From assembly GCA_034434895.1 (NCBI GenBank), contig DAOTYI010000043.1, forward strand, positions 1-51,914: a DNA stretch of 51,914 bases, read 5' to 3'. Position 1 is the first letter of the stretch, and every line of letters begins with the position of its first letter. The notes beneath the pieces were generated by a model, which saw nothing but the letters and a program-made list of their open reading frames with translations, did no database searches and was not told where the DNA came from. Source of the DNA: Anaerolineae bacterium (lineage in GTDB: Bacteria; Chloroflexota; Anaerolineae; JAAYZQ01). Both the position numbers and the translations under genes were made by a program. This document shows positions 51,907 to 51,914 of the stretch, in pieces.

Positions 51907-51914
51907 TGTGGAGG

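Overview
GC-rich (roughly two-thirds G+C by eye), densely coding bacterial chromosome segment. All calls come from reading the sequence and ORF translations by hand, with no database searches. The multi-GAF kinases, sigma-HTH/NB-ARC/TPR protein, short GC-rich intergenic repeat families and consensus TTGACA-17-TATAAT promoters suggest a Chloroflexota-like organism, but that is inference only.

Layout:
- 50-1318 (-): RNase H-like exonuclease.
- 1535-7871 (+): promoter, then a ~200-nt terminator-containing leader, then metG and a compact shikimate operon (aroC-aroK fusion, aroB, aroQ, chorismate mutase-DAHP synthase fusion).
- 7883-8909 (+): consensus promoter driving a tyrosine-recombinase-like gene that lacks its catalytic residues.
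- 8938-14425 (-): two large polytopic GT-C-like membrane proteins plus a polyprenyl-phosphate sugar transferase.
- 14760-23947 (-): seven-gene peptide module (family-5 binding protein, two permeases, two ATPases, D-aminoacylase, S9 peptidase).
- 23948-25478: repeat-rich, largely non-coding stretch with an AT-rich island, a possible toxin-antitoxin relic, a Cys-less DJ-1/PfpI-like gene and a candidate terminator-containing leader.
- 25479-28177 (+): a STAND NTPase (sigma-like HTH plus NB-ARC) cut off from its TPR module by an 11-unit heptanucleotide array.
- 28184-33819: half-size MMPL transporter under a promoter flanked by two palindromic operators, then comEC and an O-antigen-ligase-like gene.
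- 33845-33941 (-): tRNA-Sec (anticodon TCA).
- 33949-51906 (-): large co-directional signalling block. It contains an acyl-ACP-reductase-like oxidoreductase, a REC-GGDEF-like protein (GGDDF), a 3098-aa hybrid kinase with 13 GAF domains, a PDZ/7TM/GAF kinase, a REC-GAF-GAF kinase whose phospho-acceptor His reads Arg, an RsbT-like switch kinase, a single-domain receiver and an RsbQ-position alpha/beta hydrolase with GHTLG.

The two best candidates for an undescribed system are this signalling block and the split STAND locus. Several intergenic repeat families (a palindromic 22-28-nt element, a ~100-bp MITE-like element and others) are also catalogued.
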